From positions 278,290 to 342,289 of the forward strand of contig NW_005201613.1 in the NCBI RefSeq assembly GCF_000372725.1: a DNA stretch of 64,000 nt. The letters run 5' to 3'. Position numbers and translations under genes: made by a program. Below are positions 1 through 11,833 of this stretch, one piece after another. The notes below the pieces were generated by a model, which saw only the letters and a list, made by a program, of their open reading frames with translations, did not search any database and was not told the origin of the DNA. Numbering within the stretch: the first letter of the stretch is position 1; each line of letters starts with the position of its first letter. The stretch comes from Emiliania huxleyi CCMP1516 (taxonomy: Eukaryota).

Positions 1-1395
1 CGCGCCGCCTCGGAGCCGTCGTACGGGTTGTCGACCACAACCTCTCCCGGCCTGGCTGCCGGCGCGCCCAGCGGCTTGCCCAACCGCCCCGCCGCGCCGA
101 CGAGCTGCGAGCCGGCGAGGCCCGGCGGCGGGTAGCGTGCCTCCGCCCGCGGCCCGCGCACGTGGTCGAGGTCTCGCCGCCGCTGCGGCAGCACGAGGTG
201 CTGAAGCCAGTTCGCTATCTCGCGGGCGCGGCGCGCGGGGTCGATGACATCGTCGCCGACGGCGAGCCGGCGCCGCAGCTCGAGATTGGACGGGTCGGCG
301 GCGAGCGCCTCGAGGTCGCGCGAGTAGCGGAGCAGCTCCTCCTCGCTCGAGTACTGCGCGCGGCGGCAAGAGGCGCGGCGGTGAGAGACGGCGTGGCGAG
401 GGGTGGCGGTGAGGGGCGGTGAGGGGCGGCGGCGGCGGGGAGGGGGGAGGGGGGGGGGGGGGGGCGCTGAGAAGGAGGTGCCGCCGCACCTCCCCCTGCT
501 CGACCAGCAGGCTGCGCGACGCCGGCAGCCGCATCAGGCGGGCAATCTCGCCGAGGTCAAGCTCGGGGTGGTACTGGACCGACCAAAACTCGCCGCCGTC
601 GATGCGGACGGCGAGCCCTTGCACCGGCGTGAAGTCGTTCGACGCGAGCACCTCCGCCTCGACGCCGGGCCTGCACACGGGCGCCGCGGCCCAGCTGGCC
701 GCGACGTGGTCCGTGTGCGCGGCGCAGCCGTCAAAGGTCTGGAGGCAGCCGTCAAACATCGGGTGGCGCCGCCCCGACCGAGTGAGGGCGATGCCGCGCG
801 CGATGCCGTGCTCGCGCCCCCGCGGGTTGGGCTCACACGGGATGCCCGCCGCGGCCGCCGAGATCTGGAGGCCCCAGCAAGAGCCGTACTGCGGCACGGC
901 GGCCTGAAAGCAGCGGCGCGCGAGCTCGATCTGGCGCGTCACCTCGGGCTTGTCCTCGTGGATCGTGAGCGAAGACCCCGTCCCTGCGCCACCGAGCGTG
1001 CTCAGGCGAGCGAGCGAGCGGGCGGTGGGGCGGGCGCTGCGAGAGGTCGGAGGGCGGGCGCTGCACTCACATACGACGCCGTCAAAGCGCGAGAGTTCGC
1101 CAACTTCAGCGAGCTCTTGCACCGAGTCGGCCGGGTGGCAGTACGAGAGGCGCAGCTCGTGATCTTCGGGGCAGATGCGCGAAAGCAGCGCCGCAAACGT
1201 GTCTGACGCGGTTGTGCAGCCCGCAGAGGTGAGGCGCTCCCGGCCCGCGCGATCATCTGCCTCAACGATGAGCAGCCGGAGTGGTGTAGCGGGCGTTGAA
1301 GTGGCAGTGGTGGCGGCGGCGGCGGAGGACCTGGCGGAGAAGGCTCGCCGCGGCAGCCGAATCGAGAGCGGCGGCCGCCGAGCCCGCGGAAGCAT
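1..1395 (-). CDS. Class I glutamine amidotransferase-like protein, 3 exons; frame stays open past the window start, possible ALDH fusion
   Basis: Manual translation: MLPRARRPPLSIRL...LLIVEADD...DGVV|WTGSSLTIHE...YGSCWGLQ (nucleophile Cys)...VQYHPE (His-Glu)...REIANWL. GT-AG introns at 984-1070 and 354-489 keep the frame. Confidence 0.85.
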   Translation of the reverse strand, partial: MLPRARRPPLSIRLPRRAFSARSSAAAATTATSTPATPLRLLIVEADDRAGRERLTSAGCTTASDTFAALLSRICPEDHELRLSYCHPADSVQELAEVGELSRFDGVVCECSARPPTSRSARPTARSLARLSTLGGAGTGSSLTIHEDKPEVTRQIELARRCFQAAVPQYGSCWGLQISAAAAGIPCEPNPRGREHGIARGIALTRSGRRHPMFDGCLQTFDGCAAHTDHVAASWAAAPVCRPGVEAEVLASNDFTPVQGLAVRIDGGEFWSVQYHPELDLGEIARLMRLPASRSLLVEQGEVRRHLLLSAPPPPPPPSPPPPPLTAPHRHPSPRRLSPPRLLPPRAVLERGGAAPLLARPRGARRRPVQSRAAAPARRRRRCHRPRAPRPRDSELASAPRAAAAAARPRPRARAAGGGTLPAAGPRRLAARRRGGAVGQAAGRAGSQAGRGCGRQPVRRLRGGA

Positions 1396-1645
1396 TGGCC
1401 ACGTCGGCAGATATCGAACGGAGAACAAGGGGGGTACGGAAGGGGGATATGGGGGGATGGACGTTGGAAATCTGGGCTGGGTCAGATTCCTGAACTAGAT
1501 TCTCGGATGCTGGAATCTCAGATTCTCGCTTTTCAGATCATCTACAGCGCCCCGCCCCCGCCCATGTTCATTGGCAAACGAAAACTTGTTCCCCCAGCCC
1601 GTACCCCCGCTGCATTTGGCGAGCGCCACCTCCTCCCTGGCGACG

Positions 1646-2566
1646 ATGAGGGCGCTGCGAGGTGTCAGCCGCCGTCTATCCACGCCGGCGCTCAAGCCAC
1701 CGTCCGCCCACGCGCTCGGCTGGCGCGTCACGCCGGTCGCCCACGCCCTGGGAGCCGAAATTGAGGGCGCCGACCTCTCTCACATCGGTGCCACCGAGTT
1801 TGCGGCGGTCCGCGAGGCGCTCCTTCAGTACGAGGTGATCTTCTTCCGCGATCAGGCGTCCTTCGATCCGGCAGCGCACCGCGCGCTCGCCCAGCTCTTT
1901 GGAGGCGTGCAGACGCACCCCGCATACGCCACCGTCGAGGGCTTCCCAGAGATCACGATCCTGGAGAATGACCGCGAGCGGCCGTCGCTGATCGAAAAGT
2001 GGCACACCGACATGACGTTCCGACCGCGACCGCCACTCGGGTCGATCCTGCACGGCATCGTCATTCCCGACGGCGGGCGCGGCGACACCGAGTTCCTCTC
2101 GATGTCGGCGGCGTTCGAGGCGCTCGAGCCGAGCCTGCGGCGGCGGCTTGCGGGGCTCGAGGCGGAGCACTCGTTCGAGCACGGCTTCAAGGAGAGCCTG
2201 TCGCAGCCGGGCGGGCGCCAGCGGCTGGCGCAAGCCCTGGCCGATAACCCGCCGGTGACGCACCCGGTCGTGCGGACCCACCCAGAGAGCGGCCGGCAGA
2301 GCCTCTTCGTCAACGGGCTCTTCACCACGCGCATCTTGGGGCTCGGCGAGGGCGAGTCGGCGGAGCTGCTCGGCTTCCTGCAGGAGCACATGGAGCAGCC
2401 GCGCTTCCGCTGCCGCTTCCGCTGGCGCCCCCACTCGGTCGCCATCTGGGACAACCGGCTGACGCAGCACCGGCCGGTGAACGACTACTGGCCTTCGCAC
2501 CGAAAGCTGCAGCGCATCACCATCGACGGCGACCGCCCCTTCTACCGCGCCGCGGAGGCGGCCTAG
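1646..2566 (+). CDS. tauD: TauD/TfdA-family Fe(II)/2-oxoglutarate dioxygenase (taurine dioxygenase-like)
   Basis: LGAEIEG..., VIFFRDQ, WHTDMTF (HxD), HPVVRTHPESGR, WDNRLTQHR, RITIDGDRP. Intronless, Arg-rich N-terminus. Confidence 0.92.
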   Translation: MRALRGVSRRLSTPALKPPSAHALGWRVTPVAHALGAEIEGADLSHIGATEFAAVREALLQYEVIFFRDQASFDPAAHRALAQLFGGVQTHPAYATVEGFPEITILENDRERPSLIEKWHTDMTFRPRPPLGSILHGIVIPDGGRGDTEFLSMSAAFEALEPSLRRRLAGLEAEHSFEHGFKESLSQPGGRQRLAQALADNPPVTHPVVRTHPESGRQSLFVNGLFTTRILGLGEGESAELLGFLQEHMEQPRFRCRFRWRPHSVAIWDNRLTQHRPVNDYWPSHRKLQRITIDGDRPFYRAAEAA

Positions 2567-3335
2567 GAACGGCAGCGGGCGGTGTTCGTAGAATCGTCGT
2601 AGTCTACCCTGCGCCCTTGTGGAGCGCAAGTTGCTTCATGCGTAGGTGTCGGTTTTCTTCTTTGGTGTACCTGTGCTAGTGCCATGTCCCGTGCAATATG
2701 GATCAAGATTCTTTGAAAAGCGTCGATTTTTGCCAAGGGAACTATTTTTAACACCATTGACGTGCATTTCAGCCTGCATTTCCAGCGAGCAAAAAGGCCT
2801 AGGGAATTGTTTTGAAAAAAGAAATCAAATCGGGCCGACACGACTCGGACTCGCCTCCTGCGCTGCCGGGCTCCGGGCAGGATGTCCAGCGCGCTGAATT
2901 TAATCGCAAACAACCATCCACTGCGTCGGCCGTCCCATTCCGCCGAATCGCTTCGCACGCTGCGACGCCCTGCGGCGCACGGTCGTCGCTGGAGCGCAGC
3001 CGCACCCCTTGAGACACAAAAGGTGACCGGCAACCTGGTAAATTCTAGCTTGATTACCTGGTTATTCTTGTGAGAGTTGTATCAAAAGTAGCCATAACAA
3101 AAAGAATACAGTCCGTGACTCCCCCCTTCCGTCAGCGCGTGCAGAACAAACTCAGCTCAGAAGTGTCTTTCGAAAAGACAGTCGGCCCATTGGGTCCAGT
3201 CTGTCTACGCACTCGGCTGGCGAGCACACATTATGTGCCGGTAACCATAGCCAACCTGAACTGCGTTCGCATTTGGGCGGCCATCGCCACACTCCCTAGC
3301 TCAACTGTCGACCCTAACGGGTCGCCAGCCGATCG

Positions 3336-3647
3336 TCATCCATGAACTACGTTACAACCGTCGTCGGGAGTGCAGATAGCCTTGTCATCCCAATTTTTCG
3401 CAGTGTACGTGAAATAGGTATTGCTTTCTTCAAAGAATTGTTTGAGGGTTGTGGCTGGTCCAGGCCTATCCCAACCCTCTGGGAAATAGGAATTGATAGC
3501 GCGATGCATGTTGTTGACAATGCCCCTGTCCTGACCCATGTAATAAGATTGAGGATCCGCCTTGCAATATTGTTGGTCTTCACACAATGGCTTCAGGTTT
3601 ACTTTCGCGCATTCGTCAATCATGATCTCGTCGAAGCCGAGAGCTCC
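3336..3647 (-). CDS. Possible exon or gene fragment encoding a small Cys-containing domain, in a lower-GC island
   Basis: ORF ...FDEIMIDECAKVNLKPLCEDQQYCKADPQSYYMGQ... preceded by a cgcag acceptor. No in-phase upstream exon identified. Confidence 0.3.
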   Translation of the reverse strand, partial: GALGFDEIMIDECAKVNLKPLCEDQQYCKADPQSYYMGQDRGIVNNMHRAINSYFPEGWDRPGPATTLKQFFEESNTYFTYTAKNWDDKAICTPDDGCNVVHG

Positions 3648-4237
3648 TGCGCAACGGTGTGGGATATTTGGATGTCGCGATGTGTATCATATGAGCGTCA
3701 TTTTGTACCCACCCCCCCTACTTCGTGGGGACCCCCCAGCCGGTTCGTCGTCGGTGGTCTGCCCCCGAGGTGGACCGGACCCCCCCTCCGGTCGGTCGCT
3801 CTCTCGGCGGCGTGAGGTGTGACGACCGACCCCCCCCTCGGTCGGTGCCCATGCCGTGAGCCCCTCAATCAAACGCACTTGTAACCAGTGGTGCTGTCCT
3901 TGCGGATAGCTGGGATCAGCACGAGTTCGTCTTTGGAGGGCTGGGACTCGCGGTGAGCCATTTTGGAGCGACTCGGAGCGCAAGGCGGCAGCGGGGCAAA
4001 ATCGCCTGTCAACAAGCCCGAAGAAGAAAAACGCGGCGAGGCAAGACTGTCAAAAGGATCCAGAGAGGAGTTTCGAGTAATGCACATCACGTATCACCTC
4101 TCCAGCCTGTCCAGCCTTGGCTCGATCCTGCGTGCGTGTTAGAGAGGCGACAAACAGTCAGGCCACGACTGGACCACCCGACTTATGGCGCGGTGGCGCG
4201 CCGGCTGGACCAACTATATACTTCGCCTGGGTTACGC

Positions 4238-7200
4238 TCAGACCTCTGAGTACAAGATGCGAGCTTGCGCCGCCGACTCTTCCTCTTGGACCTGCGCAAC
4301 TTGGTCGCGCGCCGACTGCTCCTGCTCCTGCTGCTCCGCCTTTGAAGAGGAGCCGCGGGGCTGCGTCGTTCGAGCGAGGGCGGTGACGCGGCGCACGCGC
4401 GACTGAGCAGTCTGCTTGGTCGCGCCGAGCGCCTGTGCGAGGAGGGCGTGCGACACCTGCCGGTGCGGATCCGCATGGCAGCCGACGGCGAGATCGTTGT
4501 ACAGCCCATCGGAGATCAGGTCGCGTGGCGTCACCTCAAAAAAGTGGCCGAAGATGCAGCCGCCGCGCACGGCGTCGTTCTCGTGCGCCATGACGATCGG
4601 CAGCCTGGCGCTGCGCGCGGCGCGCACCTGCTCTGCGAGCGCCTCGGCGCCATCGCCGGCCCACGTCGATCTCTTCAGGTAGAGGAGCATGTGCGTCGCC
4701 TCGTCGCCGCCTCGGCCGCTCGCGCGCGGCAACGAGGAGAGGCGCGAGGGCGTTGTGTCGGTGACGGAGATGCTGCCAGCCACGGCCGCCGCAACCGCAT
4801 CGGCGAGATCGCGCGCCCCGTCGTTCAAAGTCGAGGCCCAGAGAACCACCGGCTTGGGGAAGGCGAGGCCGTCAACTCGGAGCTCGCCCGGGATGCACAG
4901 GGGTAGCTCCTTTTCGCCCTCGTACTTTGGCGTCTTCAGCAGCAGCGCCTCGGCGATGACCTTGAGCGAGACGTGCTGGAAGTCCTCGATCCGATGCCAC
5001 ACCACCATCGGCCAGCCGGCGTCAAAGATGGCGGCCTGCAGCTCCTCGGGGCACTCGGATCGCAGCTCGGCGAGCGTGCCTCCGCCCTTGTCCGGGTCTG
5101 CTTCGTGGACGAGCACCAGCGGCTTGCCCATCTCCAGCGCGGCGCGGATCTCGCGCAGGCAGTTTGTCGAGCGCAGGTAGCCCCGCGACAGGAAGCAGAG
5201 CACCACTTGTGAGCGACCAATGTACGCCTCCAGCTCTCCGATGTTTTTGAGGTCGTCGATGTCCAGAAAGATCTCACAGCCGGGGAGGAACTGCTGGAGC
5301 TCGTTCTTGATGACGGCGACGGCATCCTAAGGAAGGTGAGGGCGGGTGAGTCCCACACCCATTGAAGATGGGAGGGCGCGGGGGGCAAGGGGGTGTCAGG
5401 ACTGGTGAGGCGATGGGTTGGCAAACCTGCCCCGTGCTCCAGACGTGGCTAAGGAAGAGGTGCCACTGCTGGCCACCGGCGAGGGTGATGCCGTCGCGCA
5501 TCGGCTCACGGCCTGAAGAGACGAGCCGCATGGTAGGTGCCCTCCGGGCGCTGACCACCGACACGATAATGACGACCAGCGAGACAGCGAGCATGGCGGC
5601 GGTGAGGACGATGACAAATGTCGTGGCGCTGATAAAGCTCTCAAAGCCAACGAGCTTATAGCACATCTTGTCGTCGTACGTGTTGCTTTCGCAGAGCTGC
5701 AGTGGGCGGGGACGGGCGATGAGACTGATGAAGGTGGACGGGAGAGAGAGTGGGAGAGTAGAGATCACGCACCTGGATGACCACCCCCGCGCAGAAGCAG
5801 CAGGTGAGCATCAAGTTGGCGACGCACGCCAGGTAGAGGTCGTCTGAGCGCCGGTAGGGGCGGGCGAGGGCTAAGATGGTCGCAAACATGGCCGAGACGA
5901 TGGCGGCGACGACGAGGCGCTGGAGCTTGACCGAGCCGTTCTCTCGATCGATGAAGAGCACCATCGAGGTGAGAAAGGTCTTGCGGGTCAGGTCGATCAC
6001 CTATTCTCAGACCCGTGACGCTCTCACGAGAAATGTCAAGCCTCCCTTTTACTGTGCGCCGCCGCACACCTCCCAGAAGAGGAAGCTGGCGGAGTAGTCC
6101 CGCCAGAGGAAGCTCGTCGCGGTAGTCAACGGGGTCGCGCGCTGCGCCGTTACTGGAGCTCGGACGCGGAGCAGAAGCGCCAAAAAGCTGACCGGTACGA
6201 GTACAGGCCAGAGGCCAAAGAAGGACCAGAAGTAGGCGCGCAGCTCGCTCGAGCCGTCCTCCCAGTCGGGACCCGCGTTGCACTTGAGCGAGGTGTCGGT
6301 GAGCAGGAAGCTGATCCGCGTCTCCAACGCGTCATCGTAGCCAAAAGACTTGCACAAGATGGCGCCAAAGATGGAGCGCGAGACGGAGGGCAGGACCAGG
6401 TAGAAGATGAAGATGGCCCAATAGAGGAGAAGGCCGAGGGTCTTGCGGTCAAACGCCCCCCAGAAGGCCGAGCGAGGACCGGCGCCCGTGGATAGGTTGA
6501 GTAGCACCGACCGGGCCAGGATGGCGACCGACACAAAGGCCACGGCGACATACGGCCAAAGGCCCGCGATGAGCAACCGACTAGCCATGCTGCCGAGGCA
6601 GCTGCCAGGAATGGCGAGCTCGAACACGTCCAGACTGAATGCGTTCAGCCAGCTTGTAAAGCGCTCATTAAGGCGGACGCCGTACACGGCGCCGAGGGTA
6701 CTGCTCACCTGGTAGAAGCTCACGATGATCTTGAACTTGGGCTGCAAGCCAGCCTCGTCCGCCCGGCGCCAAAGCCACCGGCGCCGGATCGCGGCGTAGG
6801 TGCCGGCGAGGACCGCAAGCGCGCAGGCGGAGACGAGAGCCACCACGACGGTACGCCCGGTCGACGGGCAGGCGGCGCACTGCCCCTTGGCGCGGCTAAA
6901 GTACTCTGAGGGAGCGACGCACCCCTCGCAAAGGGGGCCCGTGTGGCCCCGGGTGCAATAGGGATCGCTTCCCTCTTCCGCATTGCGAGGAAGCTGCAAG
7001 CTGGCTCCGACGCCAGGGTCTGATCCGATGCACGTCTCTGAGTCGCATGGGTAAAGCTCCGAGGTGCTGAGAGAGGCGCGCCAGTAGCCGGGTGGTACAC
7101 CGAGCGACTCTAGTGTGGTGCCGGTAGCATTGCATGTGGCGTACGGCGGGCACGGCTTGCATTGCTCGGTCGGGTTCTGGAAGATATCGGCTGGATCGGT

Positions 7201-10200
7201 GGTCGCGTCCCGGTAGTAGCCCTCCTTGCAGAAGGAGCAAGTGGCGTTGCCGCTCTCGCTGCTCCGCGGGAACGGACAGGGGACGCACTGCGAGAGGCCC
7301 TTACTCGCCGCGTAGGTGCCCGCCTCGCACTGCTCGCATGAGTGGCTACCTTGACTCGAGTAGGACCCCGTGGGGCAGTCCGTGCACTCACTCAGCCCGG
7401 GCTCGTCGCCAAACGTCCCTGCACGGCAGCTCGCGCACGTCTCGCTGCTGTTTGCGCCGGCGGTCGGGCTGGAGGTTCCGGGGGGGCACTGCTGACAGGC
7501 GTCGGGTGAGCTGCTTCCCGTGTTCTCGTTGTAGCTCCCCGCACGGCAGGGCGTGAAGCCGCCGCCGAAATTTTCGGTGTCATCGCAGTATCCACCCGCG
7601 GCACACAAGTCGCACGACGTCTGTCCGCGCTCCGCCTGGAACTCGCCAGCAGGGCATTGCACGCACGCAGCCTGGCCGGTGAGGTTCTGGTACTCCCCTG
7701 CGGCACAGTCGAAGGGCCGGACGGTGCCTTCCTTCGGGCAGAAGCTTCCCGCGGGGCACTCGGCGCAGCTGGTGGCGTTGAGCTGATCGGCGAATGTGCC
7801 AGGAGGACACGCGTCGCAGGAGCGGACCGCGCCGGCTGTGGACTGGCTCGTCCCTGGGGAGCAAGGGATGCACGACTCGGCACTGGCTGCGCCCGTCACG
7901 GGCATATAGAAGCCCGGTGCACATGGGAGCGGTTCCGCTGTGCCCAGGGGACAAAAGTAGCCTCTGTCACATGGACCGACGCAGGTGGCTTTGTCGAGGC
8001 CGCTCGTGTCCCCATAGTAGCCAGCGGAGCAAAGGTAGCACTCGGGGGCGCTGAAGTCGCCTTCGAAGGCGCCTTGGCGCGGCATCCAGCGGCCCAAGCG
8101 GCACTCCCAGTCTATCGGCGAGTCGGTCTGTATCGTCTTGCCGTCGCCAGCGGTATTGCCGGTGAAGGAGGCGTCGCGAATCGAGGAACCTTGTTTGAGT
8201 TCTGCCAGGAACAGCACCGAGCCTGAGATATCCGCTCTGTTGTCGATGAAGTCGACACCCGCGATGGAGAGGGACTCGATGTCATACGCGGCGACGACGC
8301 CGCCGTACTGCGGTTGCGAGGAGAGAGCGGCGTGAGGTCAGCCGTGGCCCGTATATCTCGCCCTGTGCTCCAGGGAGGCTAGCTCTACGCGGCGCACAGA
8401 AGCAGAGCAGTCCCTCACGGTCGTGTCGATGATCTCGACGTCGCCTGCGCCGTTCGCGTTCACAACGCCGCCGAGCCCGCCCGCCCCGTTGACGAGGGTC
8501 AGCCCCCGCAGGGTGAGGCTGCAACGGCCCAAGAGGCTAAAGAGCCCGGTCTCTCCCTGGCCGTCGAGCGTCGCGCCTTCGCCGCTGCTCGCGACCGTCA
8601 CCTTGATGGTGGAGGCGCAACTGATCTGGCTGAACAGCTTGAAGTGCGCACTGGGCGGCAGGTAGATTGAGACGTCAGTGGCCGCCTGCGTGATCACGGA
8701 GCGGAGCTCGGCCTCGCTCGCCGCGGAGACATCGAAGCCAGGGAAGACTGGAGGCAGCGGCGGAGAGCGAGGCGGCGCCGGCGGTGGAGGCAATGAAGGC
8801 GGCGTTGGAGGCGGCGAAGGCGGCGAAGTCGGCCGGGTCGCCCAGCAGATCTGATGACGGCAGAGGGAGAAGAGGCGTCAGAGAGGAGAAGGAAGAGGAG
8901 GCGAGAGAGCCCAGGGGGCGCGCCTTCCAGCCCGAGCTGACAAAGTCATCCGATCGCAGCGCTCGCTCCGCCCTCGATCGCCACTCGATGACGCCATCCC
9001 CAGGCACCATGCCCTGCGGCCCCGAGGTGCCGCAGTACTTCTTCCCGTTGACGGCGAGGTAGTCGTAGTAGCAGTCATCCGTGGGGTCGCCGTTGCCATC
9101 GTAGTCGGCGTAGGGATATAAGTCTCCCTCCACCTCAAAGGCGACCGTCTCCAGCTCGACCGGCGGCACGCCGCTGATGGTGCACTCCTCGTTGATGCCG
9201 TAGCTGTTCGGGTAGTTTGGCGACGTGGCGCACGAGCCGCCGTCGGTGAGCGAGCACGGGCCATCGACTTGAATTGCCTGCGCGCACGCGCCTGGGAACT
9301 GTGCCGCAATGAGTAGTAGCAGCAGCGTAGTGAGCACGTCGCGTCTCGATGAGCGACGCTCTACAACGCAGCTGCAACACGCAGCGAGGAGTAGCCAAGA
9401 GCCCACGATCGTCAACAGCAAAAGTCGCAGCGCTGCGCTCTCACGCCGGTAGCGCCGGTTGTGAATCTCCTTTGAGCGGCCCGCTGTGTCCTCGCTGTGG
9501 ACGCTCACCTGGCACCACCAAAAGCATGCTGGGAAGCGCAGTGTGGAGACGTGTGGAGCAGAGGGATGGGTCGAGTCGCGGGCGTGGCGGCGCATGGCGG
9601 ACACCTGATCAAAGATGCCTTCCTTGCAGCCACTCTCGAGCCGCGGAGACGAGTCATCGGTGCAGGAGCTTGCCAGGTCTCCATCCGTCCGCGAGCTCTT
9701 CGACCATCCGATCGGCGTGGGCACCGCCGCTTCAGTTTGGGGTTGACTCAAACATCCTGGGTTTGGGGTTGACTCGAACATCCTGGGGTCGGCGAGCCGG
9801 GTGGAGCGGACCTCCGTTGGCCACGCTGAGTTCCTCAGCGAGGTGCCGATCGGCTGATCGATGGCCCGTTCACTCTGGAGGAGCAGGCAGTGCTGCTCCG
9901 CTCCTCCCGCTCGCCCGCTGAGCGCCGCCTTGGTCCTTGACGCATCGAGCGGGGCGAAGACGTCGATGGTCGACGCCTCAAGGGTCTTGCGAGGGGTGGT
10001 CACCGCAGTCGGCTCGCTCTTGACAAATTCTTGCCTTGGGACTCGAGAAGGGTTCACCAATCTGTCGATCGCCAGCGTGCACTCACCGCCAGCGTGTGCA
10101 AGAGAGACGAGAGGAAGAGAGAGGTTGACGAAAGCTATCGGGCACGAGATGATAAACTGTTGTGTGGCCGCGGCCGCGCTGAGGACGATGACGGCGGCGC

Positions 10201-10204
10201 TCAT
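4238..10204 (-). CDS. Large multi-exon receptor-like protein: CUB-like module, Pro-rich linker, beta-helix-like segment, Cys-rich GCC2/GCC3 (ephrin-receptor-like) repeats, multi-pass TM region, C-terminal TIR domain
   Basis: Exons approx. 10204-8924, 8850-8398, 8307-6070, 6000-5773, 5696-5427, 5326-4238. CxxCxxGxY repeats; KIIVSFYQV, FLWRDY..FLFWE|VIDLTRK TM region; TIR-like HLFLSHVWSTGQ|DAV..IFLDIDDL..VLCFLSRGYLRSTNCLREIRAA. Start codon uncertain. Confidence 0.8.
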
Positions 10205-11189
10205 TGACAAGAGGAGAAGCGCGCTTTGGGTCAATCCTTCACGCGCCGCGATCAAGACGGCCGCGATTGCTGTCACGCTCCTTTTTTTATTCTTTTTCTT
10301 TGTTTTTCTTTTAGCAATGGCTGCAACAGCCAGCCTACACAATGGGTGGCCAATGGCAGGAGTCTGCATGCAGGACTTCAGTCACTGGCGCGGCCCCGGC
10401 CACGCACGGCCAGCCATGTGAGTCCGCGAGAGCAGCTGCTGTCCTGCTGAGGCTCTTCTTCCCTGCCTGCCTGTCTGCGCCTTGGTTGCGGCACGACGTT
10501 TTGTCCTCCCCTTAGAGATTTTTTTAGCAATAGGAATCATTCTGCTACCTGCTACCTGCTGTCCATCCCTCACGATGACTTGCCAGAGAGCTTGATCGAC
10601 ACATCGCCGCCGCCGTCACCGGGCTCATCGGCTTCCGAGTCGCTCAAGCGACAGCGAATGGCAATCGATCCGGGTGCTGGACGCCGCTTCTCAGTTTTAG
10701 AGATACCGCATTTAGAGATTACTAATTTATTCACGCGGGCTGCGGCGAGCATGTGCGGTGTGACCCTCGAGCCAACCCGACCGACCCCCCCCCTCGGTCT
10801 GCGCTCCAGCCTCCACTGCGCTCCGACCGACCGGACCCCCCCTCCGGTCTGCGGTCTTCCGCGGCCGCCGACCGGACAACCCCTCTGCGGCCTGCGGTCG
10901 GTCGGTCTGCGCTGGGCGCTCAAACCGCGAAGTCGGCCTGTTCACCACAAGATATGACGCGCATATAACGGTGAGGATATTTTGGATGTCGTTGTGCGCG
11001 TGGCACACAAACTCCGGGTAACCGCTTCATTGTAGAAGAAGACCACGGTAGGAGATTTCTCCGCGCGCGCCCCCGGATCGGGGCACCCCCGACCGCGACC
11101 CAACTCTCCAAGACAAGCCGTCGTCGCAGCCACACGAGCCACCCCCGCCGCAGGGGCCCGCAGCCGGAAATCTCCCGCGCTCCTCGCGC

Positions 11190-11796
11190 TCACCACTTGC
11201 CCTTGCCGCCCTTCTTCTTGTTGGACCGCTTGCTCGAGGCGGCCGACGCGGCCGCCGCCGCCGCCTCGGCGCGCGCCTCCGCCTCGGCCTTGGCGCGGTT
11301 GCGCGCCTTCTCCTCCTCGCTCAGCTCCTTGACGTTGGTCGTCGCCCGGTCGTCGACGCGCGCGGCGCCCGAGGTGGAGCCCTGCGGCCCGCGCGCGATC
11401 CGGTTCTTGTCTTTCTTGCGCGGCCGGTAGTTTGAGCGCTCGCGCTTCGGCAGCCAGCGCTCCGGGTCGGGCGGCGGCGTCTTTTGCGGGGTCTCGGGGT
11501 CGAACCCCTTGGGGTACCGCGGCTTGGAGCGCCTCGACCGCCTCTTCTTCCGCAGCCGCCCGCCCCGCGCCTCGCCACCGCCGCCCGACCCGCCCTCGCC
11601 GCCCGCCGCCGCCGCCCTGCCGGAGTCGGCGGGCGCGGCGTCGGCGGCGCGCTTGGCGGCGCGCGGGAGCGTCGCCTGCTCGAGCGCCTCTGCGTCGATC
11701 GGCCCGCCCTCCTCTTCCTCGAGCGGCGGGCACCTGCCGCAGTAGGATCGATGAGTCGGTCTACCGGATTGGGTCTAGGGGCACGCCAATCCGACA

Positions 11797-11833
<37 letters not shown>

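Noticed and set aside
403..2629. Long antisense ORFs (403-1206, 1676-2629; likewise 62622-63887)
   Set aside because: Shadow ORFs caused by high GC3 on the opposite coding strand.
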